Origin: Rhizobium sp. Q54
GTDB taxonomy: Bacteria; Pseudomonadota; Alphaproteobacteria; Rhizobiales; Rhizobiaceae
Reading direction: 5' to 3'
Length of the DNA: 64,000 nucleotides
Assembly: GCA_943372805.1 (NCBI GenBank)
Contig: CALSAF010000002.1
Span: forward strand, 6,004 to 70,003
A model generated the notes under the pieces. It did not search any database and had not been told where the DNA came from. It worked only from the letters and a program-made list of their open reading frames with translations. Position 1 is the first letter of the stretch; every line of letters begins with the position of its first letter. The position numbers and the translations under genes were made by a program. Positions 38,295 to 48,528 of the stretch are shown piece by piece.

Positions 38295-38685
38295 CGGCCG
38301 GCCTCCGCAAGGTTTTCAAGGTAGAGGAAGGTGGCGAGGAGGCTCGGCACGCTGCAAATCGAGGCGTGCGACACGGGGCATCCGAGGGAGAGGCCCGCAG
38401 CAATGGTCATGGTCGGCTGGCTTTCGTGACGGGAGAAATCGGCCCGTCCTCCCATGGACGGGTGCGTTCTCCTATCAGATCACGACCGGCTTGTCGCCAT
38501 GGATCTCGGTCACGCGAGCGACTGCGGCATTTGGTCGAGCGGCAGGAGAATGGCACGATACGCCTTGATCCGACGATGACGATGGCGCCCGGCCAGCGAA
38601 CTCAAGGATGACAACGCTTTCAGTGGCCGCGTCGACACCTTCACCACTCAGGCTCAAGCCTCTGTCGCTTGAAAGACAAACGCCC

Positions 38686-38708
38686 CGCGGCAAAAGCTGC
38701 GGGGCGCT
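38686..38708. terminator. Intrinsic terminator hairpin
   Basis: AAACGCCCCGC-GGCAAAAGCT-GCGGGGCG downstream of the 38759 gene. Confidence 0.6.
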
Positions 38709-38758
38709 GAGGCATGGGTGGACAGCGAATCGCGGGCTGCTTGCGCCCGCTTTCAGGC

Positions 38759-39250
38759 TCACTCGGCCGGCTTGATCGATTCGAGGATCTTGTTGACTTC
38801 CGGAATGTTCTTTTCTTCCGTCTCGGCCGAGGCCCAGTAGGTGACGATGGCGATCTTTTCTGCCGACAGGGTGACGACGCCGACGCCGATGGTGACCGGG
38901 CCGTCCTTGTCCGTGCCCTTCCAGGACAGCGTCTCATAGGCCATGCCGTTCTGCTCGCCCTTGCTTTCGGTCTGGCTCGTGGGATCAGGCGTGACGCCGT
39001 TTTCCTCAAGGAAGGCGAAGACGTCGGTCATCACCTGGTCCATGTCCTCGGCGCCGGCGATGTCGAAGGAGATATAGGTGCCGGCGTCGGGCGAATTGCC
39101 CTCGATGCCGTAATCGGTTTCGGTCGGCTGCCAGTCATCCGGGATTTCGACGGTGGCGGCCGGCTCGTCGGCCGGGAAGGTGAAGCTGCCCGCCAGGGGG
39201 GCCGTGGCGGAAATCAGAAGAATGGTGGTTGCGGCGAGGAACTTGTTCAT
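38759..39250 (-). CDS. Exported acidic hypothetical protein
   Basis: Signal peptide MNKFLAATTILLISATAPLA; start at 39250, not 39559. Confidence 0.7.
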   Translation of the reverse strand: MNKFLAATTILLISATAPLAGSFTFPADEPAATVEIPDDWQPTETDYGIEGNSPDAGTYISFDIAGAEDMDQVMTDVFAFLEENGVTPDPTSQTESKGEQNGMAYETLSWKGTDKDGPVTIGVGVVTLSAEKIAIVTYWASAETEEKNIPEVNKILESIKPAE

Positions 39251-39564
39251 CGGTGATGCCCGTTGCTGAGAGATGTTCGGGTGCCGGCACGGTGCCTTCA
39301 GGACACTGAGGCCGGAACGGGCAAGTCCTAGCAAGGGCTCGTGAAGATTCGTTGTACTGTTTTTGCGTGGAACGACCGCTGCCCGCTCGAAGGGCAGATA
39401 ATGCCGAATTTGGATAAGAAAGTACGAATAAACCCCGTTCGGCGGGACCGGGTTCCACCAGCACAGGGAGGTTGGCGACATCACCAAAACCCTGTTTCCC
39501 CGGGCATTTTCGAACTCCATGCACCGGGAATTGCGACCTGCGGGGTGGCAGATGGCCATTTTTG

Positions 39565-39593
39565 CTTGTCATGGGCGCTCACACCCACTATAT
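39565..39593 (+). promoter_or_regulatory. Sigma70 promoter of cspA, followed by a ~125-nt 5' leader
   Basis: CTTGTC-N17-CTATAT matches the rhizobial RpoD consensus CTTGAC-N17-CTATAT. Confidence 0.7.
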
Positions 39594-39720
39594 TGCCGCC
39601 ATCGAAGATTGCGAGCGACTTTGTCTACGCGCCTCCGGCGCACGCCAGATTTCCTTCAACGTCGATATACCGCCGGTCGAATGTCTCTCCGGCAAGCCCA
39701 ACGATTGAAAGGAAATCGTT

Positions 39721-39930
39721 ATGAGCACAGGTACCGTAAAGTGGTTCAACAGCACCAAGGGTTTCGGTTTCATCCAGCCGGATGAAGGCTCTGCCGACGT
39801 GTTTGTCCACATCTCCGCAGTTCAGCGCGCTGGTCTGCGCGACCTCGTCGAAGGCCAGAAGATCGCCTACGACATCGTTCAGGACAAGCGTTCGGGCAAG
39901 AGCTCGGCCGACAACCTGCGCGCCGCTTGA
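39721..39930 (+). CDS. cspA: Cold-shock protein
   Basis: [22 protein letters not shown]. Confidence 0.97.
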   Translation: MSTGTVKWFNSTKGFGFIQPDEGSADVFVHISAVQRAGLRDLVEGQKIAYDIVQDKRSGKSSADNLRAA

Positions 39931-40165
39931 GGATTTGTCGCTCGCCCCGCTGACCACGGATATACCGGGCAGAGGGGCTGAGTGACGAGGGAAGGTCGGG
40001 TTACGCCCGGCCTTTTTTGTTTATCCGCCGATCGCCTTTCTGCTGTGCGACCGGTTTTGCCCGACCTTGTCGGGATCTTCGCCGGGGCATGGCGCGTTAG
40101 CCTGTCGTATCCCCTCTTTTGCAACTCGAGATCAATCGGGCTTTCGGCCCGGAAAGGAAACGATC

Positions 40166-40408
40166 GTGCAAGTTCTCGTTCGTGACAACAATGTCGACCA
40201 GGCACTGCGTGTGCTCAAGAAGAAGATGCAGCGCGAAGGCCTGTTTCGCGAAATGAAGGCCCGCAGCGCCTTTGAAAAGCCGTCGGAAAAGCGCGTGCGC
40301 GAAAAGGCAGAAGCCATTCGCCGCCAGCGCAAGCTGGCGCGCAAGAAGCTGCAGCGCGAAGGCCTGCTGCCGGCGCCGAAGAAGGCTGCCGTTCGCGGCG
40401 CACGCTGA
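40166..40408 (+). CDS. rpsU: 30S ribosomal protein S21
   Basis: GTG start after AGGA; [32 protein letters not shown]. Confidence 0.97.
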   Translation: MQVLVRDNNVDQALRVLKKKMQREGLFREMKARSAFEKPSEKRVREKAEAIRRQRKLARKKLQREGLLPAPKKAAVRGAR

Positions 40409-40515
40409 TCGCCGGAACCTCCGCGCGCCCACGGGCGCGCGGAAGGCCTCACCTTGCCAAAGGGGCCGTCACACGACATGCCGAGACAGCAGCCAGACTG
40501 CGGGAAGGATTCGAA

Positions 40516-40743
40516 ATGACTGCCACGAAAGACACATTCTTCAAGCCGGACAAGGTATCGCCGCAGGACAAGGCGGCCACGACGGATAGCGTTGCCCGCT
40601 CCCTGATCGAAGCCGAAGCCGTTGCCCGCGAGCGCAAGACAGAAGCTCTCAAGGCGCTGCGCCTGCAGCGCGAGGCGCTGGAAGCCGACAACGCACCGGC
40701 GCCCAAGAAGCGCATCGCGAAGAAAGCCGTGAAGCGCGGCTGA
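40516..40743 (+). CDS. Small basic coiled-coil hypothetical protein
   Basis: GAAGGA RBS; ARERKTEALKALRLQRE. Confidence 0.7.
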   Translation: MTATKDTFFKPDKVSPQDKAATTDSVARSLIEAEAVARERKTEALKALRLQREALEADNAPAPKKRIAKKAVKRG

Positions 40744-40796
40744 AGGCCGGGAGCACATCGCCCCCCTCAGAAGCGCCGGGCGTTTCACCCGGTTCG

Positions 40797-40842
40797 CCCC
40801 CTCCGTCGGCTAAGCCGACATCTCCCCCACAGGCGGGGAGAT
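40797..40842. repeat. RIME-like palindromic element
   Basis: CCCCCTCCGTCGGCTAAGCCGACATCTCCCCCACAGGCGGGGAGAT between convergent genes. Confidence 0.75.
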
Positions 40843-40882
40843 TGCCAGCCGGTGCTGCGGCCCGGCCACCTTCAGCCCCTCT

Positions 40883-41659
40883 TCAACGCGTGCCCGCCGT
40901 CAGGTTGAAAAACGCCCCCTGCGGATCCTGGCAGGCGGCGATCCACGAGCCGCCGGGAACCTGATGCGGCTCCATCAGCAGCTGTCCGCCGAGCGATTTC
41001 AACTTCTCGACCGCTGCATCAATGCCCGGCACGATGAAGTAAAAACCCCAATAGGGCATGGGCATTTCCGGCATCTTGGTCATCATGCCGCCAATGCTCT
41101 GGTCGCCGCGCTTGAAGGTCTGGTAGATGCCCATGGCGTCCATGTCGACGGCCATGTCCTTTTCCCAGCCGAAGCGGGCGGCGTAGAAGTCCCAGACTTT
41201 CTCCCAGTCGCCGGCAATCAGCTCGTTCCAGCCGACGGTGCCGGTGCTGCCCGGCGTCGGCCAGTTGCCGATCTCGCCATCGGGCATTTGCGGGGTCATG
41301 AGGCAGACCACCGCGCCTTGCGGATCGGCGACCACGGCGAATCGACCGATGCCGGGGATGTCTTCGGGGGCCTTGTGGATCGCGCCGCCGTTTTGCTCGT
41401 ATTCAGCAGCCGTCCTGTCGACGTTGTCGACGGCGATGTAGCCGGTCCAGTTGGGTGGCAGGCCCTGGGCAGCCATTTCGGGGGTGAGCGCCATCATGCC
41501 TGCGACGCCGGAGGGGAAACCCGGGACTGCGAAGGTGGTATAGGTGAAGCCTTCCCCTTCCATATCCGTCGGCTCCCAGCCGAGCAGTGCGCCGTAAAAA
41601 GCCTTGGCTGCCGCCGGATCCGGGGTCATCAATTCGTGCCAGATGAATGTGCCATGCAT
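40883..41659 (-). CDS. VOC/glyoxalase family protein (two domains)
   Basis: WHELMTPD..AKAFYG, WTGYIAVD, GRFAVVADPQGA, DPQGAFF. Confidence 0.92.
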   Translation of the reverse strand: MHGTFIWHELMTPDPAAAKAFYGALLGWEPTDMEGEGFTYTTFAVPGFPSGVAGMMALTPEMAAQGLPPNWTGYIAVDNVDRTAAEYEQNGGAIHKAPEDIPGIGRFAVVADPQGAVVCLMTPQMPDGEIGNWPTPGSTGTVGWNELIAGDWEKVWDFYAARFGWEKDMAVDMDAMGIYQTFKRGDQSIGGMMTKMPEMPMPYWGFYFIVPGIDAAVEKLKSLGGQLLMEPHQVPGGSWIAACQDPQGAFFNLTAGTR

Positions 41660-41689
41660 GCGCAGTCCCTCTCCTTATCGTTTTCGGCA

Positions 41690-42178
41690 TCAGCCGATGC
41701 GTTTTGATTCGCTTTTCATGAAGGTCTTGAAACTGCCGTCCGGCTGACGAACGCTGCCGGAAAAGGTTCTGGTGTCATCATCGATGAAGTGGATGACATC
41801 GCGATAAAGCTCGGTGCGGGAAGGGTCTTCCATGCCCGGGCCTTCGGCCTCGAGGATGAGTGTCTGGCCGTTATCCTCCAGCCAGCCCTTGTAGATCCAG
41901 AACTTGTCCATCATCGAGCCGATCCAGCTACCGACATAATGGCCGAGGCGCGGGTCGTAACCCAGCGTCATGAGCATGGTGGCGCGCGTGCCGTCGCCCA
42001 TGCCGCCCTCCCCTTCGGCGACGACCCAGAGGCCGCCGATGGAGCGAACCTTTTCGGTCCAGCGCTTCAGCGGGTCATCGGGGTCATAGCCTTCATGGCC
42101 GGTGGAGGTGACATAGAGCCAGTCGCCGACGAGGCGGTCGAGCACGCGGTGATGGTCAGTCGGCTTGGGAAATTCCAT
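41690..42178 (-). CDS. DUF1579 domain protein
   Basis: HRVLDRLVGDW, GGLWVV, LGYDP..YVGSWIGSM. Confidence 0.85.
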   Translation of the reverse strand: MEFPKPTDHHRVLDRLVGDWLYVTSTGHEGYDPDDPLKRWTEKVRSIGGLWVVAEGEGGMGDGTRATMLMTLGYDPRLGHYVGSWIGSMMDKFWIYKGWLEDNGQTLILEAEGPGMEDPSRTELYRDVIHFIDDDTRTFSGSVRQPDGSFKTFMKSESKRIG

Positions 42179-42191
42179 GAGACGCCCTCCC

Positions 42192-42923
42192 TCAGTGACA
42201 GCAACCGGCCTTCTCGACCGGCTTTGCAACATATTCGTCCTTGCGCTTGACGAAACTCAGCGTGCCCGTCTCGTTGCGGCCGAGCGGGGCATGGTCGAGG
42301 ATCATCAGGGTCCCCAGCGTCTCTTCGCCGCCACGGGCATATTGCGAATAGGTGTGGAAGATCTGACCCTTGTCGTTGCGATAGAAGGCCGAGAGACCGG
42401 GCAGCTCATCATGCGCCTTTTCGCTCGGCGTCTCCCGGAAATTGTAGGTGACCGCGCCGGAAGCAAGCTGCTCCTTGGTGAAGGAGACGTTGAAATCGTA
42501 GTTGAACTCGCTGCCGAAGGAGGAAACCCAGGGGAAATGCCAGTTCATCCTGTTCTTATAGGCCTCGATCTTCTCAAGGGGCGCCCGCGAGACGGTGATC
42601 AGGGTGACATCGTGGTTGTTGAGGTGCGGCAGCATGCCATCGATATGATCGGCGAAGAAGGAGCAGCCGGGGCAGCCGGCATCCCAGTCGGGTCCGAACA
42701 TGAAATGGTTGATCATCAACTGGCTGCGACCGTCAAAGAGATCGGCAAGGGTTTTGTGACCGCTCGGGGTGTCGAAGACATAGTCGCTGTCAACCTTCAC
42801 CCAGGGCAGCGCCAGACGTTCTGCGTTGACCCGATCACGGGCGCGGGTCAGTTCCTTTTCCCTTGCCAGCAAGGCCTTGCGGGCCTCCAGCCATTCGTCG
42901 CGGGACACAACGGAATTCTGCAT
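42192..42923 (-). CDS. DUF899 thioredoxin-like protein
   Basis: EWLEARKALLAREKELTR, LFDGRSQL, CPGCS, YSQYARG. Confidence 0.92.
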   Translation of the reverse strand: MQNSVVSRDEWLEARKALLAREKELTRARDRVNAERLALPWVKVDSDYVFDTPSGHKTLADLFDGRSQLMINHFMFGPDWDAGCPGCSFFADHIDGMLPHLNNHDVTLITVSRAPLEKIEAYKNRMNWHFPWVSSFGSEFNYDFNVSFTKEQLASGAVTYNFRETPSEKAHDELPGLSAFYRNDKGQIFHTYSQYARGGEETLGTLMILDHAPLGRNETGTLSFVKRKDEYVAKPVEKAGCCH

Positions 42924-42950
42924 GATGATTGCCCTCCTCTTGATTTTTAG

Positions 42951-42962
42951 GTTGATATCAAC
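42951..42962. promoter_or_regulatory. Perfect 12-bp palindrome, putative MarR operator
   Basis: GTTGATATCAAC between divergent DUF899 and MarR genes. Confidence 0.5.
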
Positions 42963-42973
42963 ATATATAGTGC

Positions 42974-43420
42974 ATGTCAATGAACCCAGTGATTCCTTAT
43001 TCGACCACCCTACATGTGCGCGACACGTGTCTTTGCCTGCATGCGCAGCGCGCCGCACGGGCACTGGCCCGGCGCTTCGATGCCGCGCTGAAGCCGGCGG
43101 GCCTTACCAATCAGCAATTTTCCCTGATGATGGCGCTGAACCGCCCCGAGCCACCGCCGATGGGTCCTGTTGCCAGACTTCTGGCCATGGATCGCACCAC
43201 TTTGACGGCGGCCTTGAAGCCGCTTGCGGCGCGCGGCTGGGTGGCGATCGAGCCTGATACGAAGGATAAGCGCGGCAAGCGGCTAAGGCTGACGCTTGAT
43301 GGCGCGCAGGCGCTGGCGGCGGCAGTCCCGATCTGGAAGGAACTGCATGGGGAGATTGAGGCGGGCATGGACAGCGATCCGCATCTGCTGCGGCGGGGCC
43401 TGATCGAGGTGAGCGTCTGA
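42974..43420 (+). CDS. MarR family transcriptional regulator
   Basis: CLCLHAQRAARALARRFD, MDRTTLT..LKPL, DKRGK. Confidence 0.9.
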   Translation: MSMNPVIPYSTTLHVRDTCLCLHAQRAARALARRFDAALKPAGLTNQQFSLMMALNRPEPPPMGPVARLLAMDRTTLTAALKPLAARGWVAIEPDTKDKRGKRLRLTLDGAQALAAAVPIWKELHGEIEAGMDSDPHLLRRGLIEVSV

Positions 43421-43497
43421 TCGGCCTCAGATGATCAAGGCAATTGTGATGACGGGGGCGGTTCGTGTCGAACCGCCCCCTCCTCTGGTATTGATGA

Positions 43498-45654
43498 TCA
43501 GGCCTTTTTCAGCTCTTCCGCGTTGACCGGAAGAGTGCGGATACGATGGCCAGTGGCGGCGAAGATCGCATTGGTCAGAGCCGGGAAGACCGCCGAGGTT
43601 GCCGCCTCGCCCATGCCGCCGGGCGCTTCTGCGCTTTCAACGAGATGGGTTTCGACATGCGGCGCCTCGTCGATGCGCAGCGGCAGGTAGTTGTCGAAAT
43701 TGCTCTGCTCGACACGGCCATCGGCAAAGGTGATCGCGCCGTAGAGGCCGGCGGTCAGGCCGTAGAGCGCCCCGCCTTCCGCCTGGGCGGTGATCGTATC
43801 CGGGTTCACCGTCATCCCGCAGTCGACAGCCGTGACGATGCGGTCAACCTTGACCGTGCCGTCATCATCCACCGTGGTCTCCAGGACCATGGCGAGATAG
43901 CTGCCAAAGGCGAACTGGACCGAGACACCGCGCCCCTTTCGCTCGCCGAGTGGCGTGCCCCAGCCGGCCTTTTCGGCAACGAGTTCGAGGACTTTCAGTG
44001 CGCGCGGGTTCTCGGTCAGGAGGCCCTTGCGGTATTCCACCGGATCGACCTTGGCGAGTGCCGCCAGTTCGTCGATGAAGCTTTCGACCACGAAGACATT
44101 GTGGGACGGGCCGACGCCGCGCCACCAACTGGTCATGACGCCCTGCGGCTCGACCTGACGGAATTCGACGCGCATGTTCGGAAAGGCATAAGGCGTTTCC
44201 TTTGCACCGTCGACACCATCAGGGTCAACGCCGCTTGCCATGACCGGCGGTGCAATGCGGGCAAAGATCGAGGAGCCGGAGACGCGATGGGTCCAGGCGA
44301 CCGGCTTGCCGGCAGCATCGAGGCCCGCCGAGACACGGTCGTAGTAATAGGGGCGGTAATAGCCGTGCTGGATGTCTTCCTCGCGGCTCCAGATCACCTT
44401 GACCGGTCCCTCGACCTGCATGGCAACCTCGACGGCATGCATGATGCCGTCGACCTCAAGGCGCCGGCCGAAACCGCCGCCGATGATGTGGTTGTGGATC
44501 TTGATCGTTTCCGGCGCGAGGCCGGTCAGGGCTGCGGTTGCCGCCTGTGCGCTGCCCATGACCTGGGTGCCGACCCACATTTCACAGCCATCCTTGCGGA
44601 CATGCAGGGTGCAGTTCATCGGCTCCATGGTGGTATGGGCGAGGAAGGGCAGCTGGTAGACCGCGTCATGGCGGGTGACCGCAGACGCCAGCGCCTGTTC
44701 GACATCACCGTCATTGCGGGCGACGGCGCCCGGCTTCTGGGATTCTTCCTCGAGATGCTTGATGATCGCGGCGCTGGACACCGTGGCATTCGGGCCGTCA
44801 TCCCATTCGATGGCGGCGGCTTCGAGGCCCTTCTTGGCCGCACCCGTGTGGTCGGCGACCACAGCCACGGCACTTGCCGTCAGCACGACCTGGCGCACGC
44901 CCTTGACGGCCAGTGCGGCATCACGGTCGACCGTCTTGGGCTTGCCGCCCAGCACCGGGGAAATGGCGATCGCGGCGATCTTGACGCCTTCGGGCATGGC
45001 GTCGATGCCGTATTTCTGCGTGCCGTTGACCTTGGCCGGCGTATCGAGACGCTTCGTGGCCTTGCCGAGCAGCTTGAACTGGTCCGGCTGCTTGAGCAGG
45101 ACGGCTTCAGGCGCAGGAACGGGAAGCGTTGCGGCGAGATCGACCAGATCGCCATAGGCAAGCGTCTTGCCGGAGGCATCGACGACGGCGCCGTCTTTGG
45201 TGGTCAGCGTTGCGGCATCGACCTTCCATTCGCTGGCGGCGGCCTGGATCAGCAGGGTGCGGGCGGTGGCGCCGGCAGTGCGCAACGGGGTCCAGAAGGC
45301 GCGGATCGAGGTGGAGCCGCCGGTCAGCTGGCCACCGATCAGCGGGTTTGCAAAGGCCTGACCGACCGGTGCGTGTTCAAGCACGACCTTGTCGAGCGCG
45401 ACATCAAGCTCTTCGGCGAGCAGCATGGCCTGGGCGGTATAGATGCCCTGGCCCATTTCGACCTGCGGCAGGACCAGCGTCACGAGGCCCTTGGTATCGA
45501 TGCGTATGAAGGCACTGGGGGCGAATTCGGTCGCGGCCAGTGCCGGAAAGGCGGAGCCCAGGGACAGGTTGATGACAAGGCCACCGCCGATGATGGCACT
45601 GGCCTGGAGAAAGCGGCGGCGGCTCAGGTCTGGGCCGGAAACATGGTTCGACAT
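43498..45654 (-). CDS. Molybdopterin-binding subunit, isoquinoline 1-oxidoreductase beta/aldehyde dehydrogenase family; Tat signal
   Basis: SRRRFL, EMGQG, GGSTS, GGGFGRR, WRGVG, GGMGE. Confidence 0.93.
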   Translation of the reverse strand: MSNHVSGPDLSRRRFLQASAIIGGGLVINLSLGSAFPALAATEFAPSAFIRIDTKGLVTLVLPQVEMGQGIYTAQAMLLAEELDVALDKVVLEHAPVGQAFANPLIGGQLTGGSTSIRAFWTPLRTAGATARTLLIQAAASEWKVDAATLTTKDGAVVDASGKTLAYGDLVDLAATLPVPAPEAVLLKQPDQFKLLGKATKRLDTPAKVNGTQKYGIDAMPEGVKIAAIAISPVLGGKPKTVDRDAALAVKGVRQVVLTASAVAVVADHTGAAKKGLEAAAIEWDDGPNATVSSAAIIKHLEEESQKPGAVARNDGDVEQALASAVTRHDAVYQLPFLAHTTMEPMNCTLHVRKDGCEMWVGTQVMGSAQAATAALTGLAPETIKIHNHIIGGGFGRRLEVDGIMHAVEVAMQVEGPVKVIWSREEDIQHGYYRPYYYDRVSAGLDAAGKPVAWTHRVSGSSIFARIAPPVMASGVDPDGVDGAKETPYAFPNMRVEFRQVEPQGVMTSWWRGVGPSHNVFVVESFIDELAALAKVDPVEYRKGLLTENPRALKVLELVAEKAGWGTPLGERKGRGVSVQFAFGSYLAMVLETTVDDDGTVKVDRIVTAVDCGMTVNPDTITAQAEGGALYGLTAGLYGAITFADGRVEQSNFDNYLPLRIDEAPHVETHLVESAEAPGGMGEAATSAVFPALTNAIFAATGHRIRTLPVNAEELKKA

Positions 45655-45667
45655 GGTGAGCCCTCCT

Positions 45668-46120
45668 TCAAGCGCTGGCAAGTTTGATGGCAGCGCGGAT
45701 GCGCTGATAGGTTCCGCACCGACAGACATTGCCGGACATGGCAGCGTCGATGTCGTCATCGGTCGGCTTGGGCGTGTCGGTCAAAAGGGCCGCTGCAGAC
45801 ATCAGCTGGCCCGACTGACAGTAACCACATTGGGGAACATCAAGCTCCACCCAGGCTTCCTGCAGGGCCTTGCCATGGGCCAGCGTATCCAGCGCTTCAA
45901 TGGTGGTGATCTGGCTTTCGCCGATGCTGTCGATGGTCGTGACGCAGGAGCGCGTGGCGACGCCGTCGACATGCACGGTGCAGGCGCCGCACAGCGCCTG
46001 GCCGCAGCCGAACTTGGTCCCCGTCATGCCGAGCACATCCCGGATGACCCAGAGCAGCGGCGTGTCGCCATCGACATCCACGGTATAGGCACGACTGTTG
46101 AGTTGGATCGAAAATGTCAT
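45668..46120 (-). CDS. [2Fe-2S] small subunit (IorA-like)
   Basis: GTKFGCGQALCGACTV, QCGYCQSG, CRCGTY. Confidence 0.95.
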   Translation of the reverse strand: MTFSIQLNSRAYTVDVDGDTPLLWVIRDVLGMTGTKFGCGQALCGACTVHVDGVATRSCVTTIDSIGESQITTIEALDTLAHGKALQEAWVELDVPQCGYCQSGQLMSAAALLTDTPKPTDDDIDAAMSGNVCRCGTYQRIRAAIKLASA

Positions 46121-46408
46121 TGAGACCTCCGCTGGAAATTGTATGTGTCGCACACGTTGACTGTTGTGGGGTATAAGTAAAGCGCCTTGCAGTGCACGAA
46201 GTGTTCATCGATCGGCATCATTGCGGCTCCCATGGGCGCTTCGCTCACCGCTGAGGCTCACCCCATGGCCAGGGGACTGTCGGTCCACTCGACGCTGAAA
46301 AACGTCTTCTGATCGAACGAGCTCCAATCCATTCCGCAGTTGCGCCTGTCGGGCGACTGCCCACAAAACACCGCCCTCTCTCCGTTCAGGGAAAAGTGCC
46401 AGGACAGT

Positions 46409-46786
46409 TCAGGTCGCGACGACCGGCAGGTTGTACCAGTCTGGTTTCGAATCGGCCCAGAGGTTCCTGATGATGCGGCGGCCGGTCGGACCTTCGATCA
46501 GTCCGGCGGAGATCAGCCAGCGACCGGCCTCCGTCACCTCCTTCAGCACACGCGCGCCGCAGGTGGCGCAGAAGGCGCGGCGGGCGGCGGGCGAGGACTG
46601 GTACCAGACGAGATGCTCGGTGCCGGTCGCTTCAACATCTTCCGCAGGGACCGCAAGGAAGGCGTTGAAATTGCCGTGCATCTTCTGGCAGTCGTCGCAA
46701 TGGCAGGCCAGCATACCGGCTGCGCTCTGCGGGAGCGTCAGGTGAACCTTGCCGCAGTGGCAGCGGGCAGTCAGGCGATCGTTCAT
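46409..46786 (-). CDS. GFA (CENP-V) family protein
   Basis: CHCG, CHCDDCQK, RAFCATCG. Confidence 0.9.
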   Translation of the reverse strand: MNDRLTARCHCGKVHLTLPQSAAGMLACHCDDCQKMHGNFNAFLAVPAEDVEATGTEHLVWYQSSPAARRAFCATCGARVLKEVTEAGRWLISAGLIEGPTGRRIIRNLWADSKPDWYNLPVVAT

Positions 46787-46808
46787 GCTGTGTCTCCCTC
46801 GTGGTTCT

Positions 46809-47465
46809 TCAGTCGAGCGGCGGTTCAGGATGAGGCTGGGCTGATGGCGGCGAGCGCCCAATTTCGCCCCTTGCCACGCAGCAAGCCTGGTTGATCCAGA
46901 CCATGGCGAGGGGTTCGAGGATGCGGGCGCGGACGAGATCGCCGGCATCGAGCGGCTCGAAACCGAGATCGGCGAGCAGGATGGCGACCCTGGCTTTCGC
47001 GGCGGGATCATTGCCGGCCATGAACTGCACGGGCCGATGTGGCAGGTCTGCATTGTCCTGCATGATCTCGGCGCCGACCTGGTTCAGCGTCTTTACCACG
47101 CGGGCGCCCGGCAGCCAGGACTGCACCTGCTCGGCACCGCTGGTCGTATGGCCGATCGCCAGCGACAGGACGCCATCGACCATGGCGAGCGGGTTCATGC
47201 AGTCGATGACGACCTTGCCGGAGAGATCGCCGAGGGCGCGTATGGCGCCTTCCGCCTTGTCCCAGGGGAGCGCAAGGATGATCACTTCGGCAGCCTGGCC
47301 GGCCTGTCGAGGGTCGACGAGACTGGCATGCACCTCTTCGGCGAGGGCGACCAGATCCGGACGGATCACATCACGAACGCCAAGCATGACGTCATGTCCC
47401 CTGCCCTGCAGACCGCGAGCGATTGCGCTGCCGACATTGCCGGCCCCGATGATGGCGATCTGCAT
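46809..47465 (-). CDS. NADPH-dependent F420 reductase-like oxidoreductase
   Basis: IAIIGAGNVG, VIDCMNP, VVKTLN, DAGDL. Confidence 0.88.
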   Translation of the reverse strand: MQIAIIGAGNVGSAIARGLQGRGHDVMLGVRDVIRPDLVALAEEVHASLVDPRQAGQAAEVIILALPWDKAEGAIRALGDLSGKVVIDCMNPLAMVDGVLSLAIGHTTSGAEQVQSWLPGARVVKTLNQVGAEIMQDNADLPHRPVQFMAGNDPAAKARVAILLADLGFEPLDAGDLVRARILEPLAMVWINQACCVARGEIGRSPPSAQPHPEPPLD

Positions 47466-47537
47466 GGCGTCCTCCTTGCGTTTCTGGTGGGCATAGGGAT
47501 AGGACGATAGCGAATGGCATAAAATCGAAATCGGATC

Positions 47538-48458
47538 ATGTCTGACTTAAGCCAAACCGAACTTAGGAAACTCGACCTGACCCTGCTGCTGGTTTTTCTC
47601 GGCCTGCTGCGGCATCGCAAGGCGGCAACCGTGGCCAGCGAACTGGGCCTGACGCAATCGGCGATCAGCCAGGCATTGAAACGATTGCGGGATGTGTTTC
47701 GCGACGAGCTCTTCCTGCGCCGACCGCATGGCATGGAGCCGACGGCCGCGGCGCTTGCGCTGGAGGTGCCGGTCGCACAGGCGGTGGCGGCGCTGCGGAG
47801 CGCACTCACCGTGACGCGCAGCTTCGACCCGACGACGGCCGATGGCATCGTCCGGATCGGAGCGCTCGATTCCGAGCAGGCGGTGATCATGCCGCGCTTT
47901 GCCGCGAGGGTGCGGCAGCTTGCACCAAACCTCAGGCTCTCGGTGCTGCCGCTTGCCCGGCGCGATGCGATCGAGGCGCTGGGAGACGGCCGGGCCGAGC
48001 TGGCGCTCGGCTTTCTCTGGGATGCGCCGGAGACGCTGTCGAACCGGCGGCTCTACGAGGAGAGTTTTCTGGTGGCGGGGCTCAGCACCACCCTGCCCGA
48101 GGCGCCCATCATGACACTCGACGCCTATTGCGAGGCCGAACATGTTCTGGTTGCGCCGGGCGGCGACATGAGCGGGATCGCCGACCGGACGCTGGAGGCG
48201 ATCGGGCGGAGCCGGCGGATCGTGCTCGGGCTGCCATCCTTCCTGCCGGCGCTTGCGGCCGTCGCGCAATCGGGTGCGATCGTGACACTTCCCAGGCGGG
48301 TGGCAGAGGATTTTGCCAAGGGCTTCGGCCTGGTGACGGCAGAACCGCCGATCGGTATCCGGCGCTTCCCGGTCTCCGCCTTCTGGCACCGGCGCAACGA
48401 CAGCGATCCGTTGACGCAATGGCTGGTGCAGGAGCTCGCGGTGACCGTCGACCGCTGA
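47538..48458 (+). CDS. LysR family transcriptional regulator
   Basis: LDLTLLLVF..TQSAISQALKRLR..DELFLR. Confidence 0.94.
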   Translation: MSDLSQTELRKLDLTLLLVFLGLLRHRKAATVASELGLTQSAISQALKRLRDVFRDELFLRRPHGMEPTAAALALEVPVAQAVAALRSALTVTRSFDPTTADGIVRIGALDSEQAVIMPRFAARVRQLAPNLRLSVLPLARRDAIEALGDGRAELALGFLWDAPETLSNRRLYEESFLVAGLSTTLPEAPIMTLDAYCEAEHVLVAPGGDMSGIADRTLEAIGRSRRIVLGLPSFLPALAAVAQSGAIVTLPRRVAEDFAKGFGLVTAEPPIGIRRFPVSAFWHRRNDSDPLTQWLVQELAVTVDR

Positions 48459-48469
48459 TGTCAGACGCA

Positions 48470-48495
48470 AGAAGGCCGGCACGAGGCCGGCCTTC
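48470..48495. terminator. Hairpin between convergent lysR and ohr
   Basis: GAAGGCCGGC-ACGAG-GCCGGCCTTC. Confidence 0.65.
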
Positions 48496-48528
48496 AGGCG
48501 GTGGATCAGAGAGGATCGGATCAGGCGA

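Noticed and set aside
38475-38762. 95-aa minus-strand ORF upstream of the desaturase
   Set aside because: Spans a terminator hairpin, overlaps the upstream stop and has no recognisable domain; a shorter peptide cannot be excluded.
43546-45687. 713-aa plus-strand ORF and other long antisense ORFs (e.g. 15339-16412, 16564-17823, 25995-27068)
   Set aside because: Shadow ORFs opposite well-supported genes, expected in high-GC DNA; no recognisable motifs.
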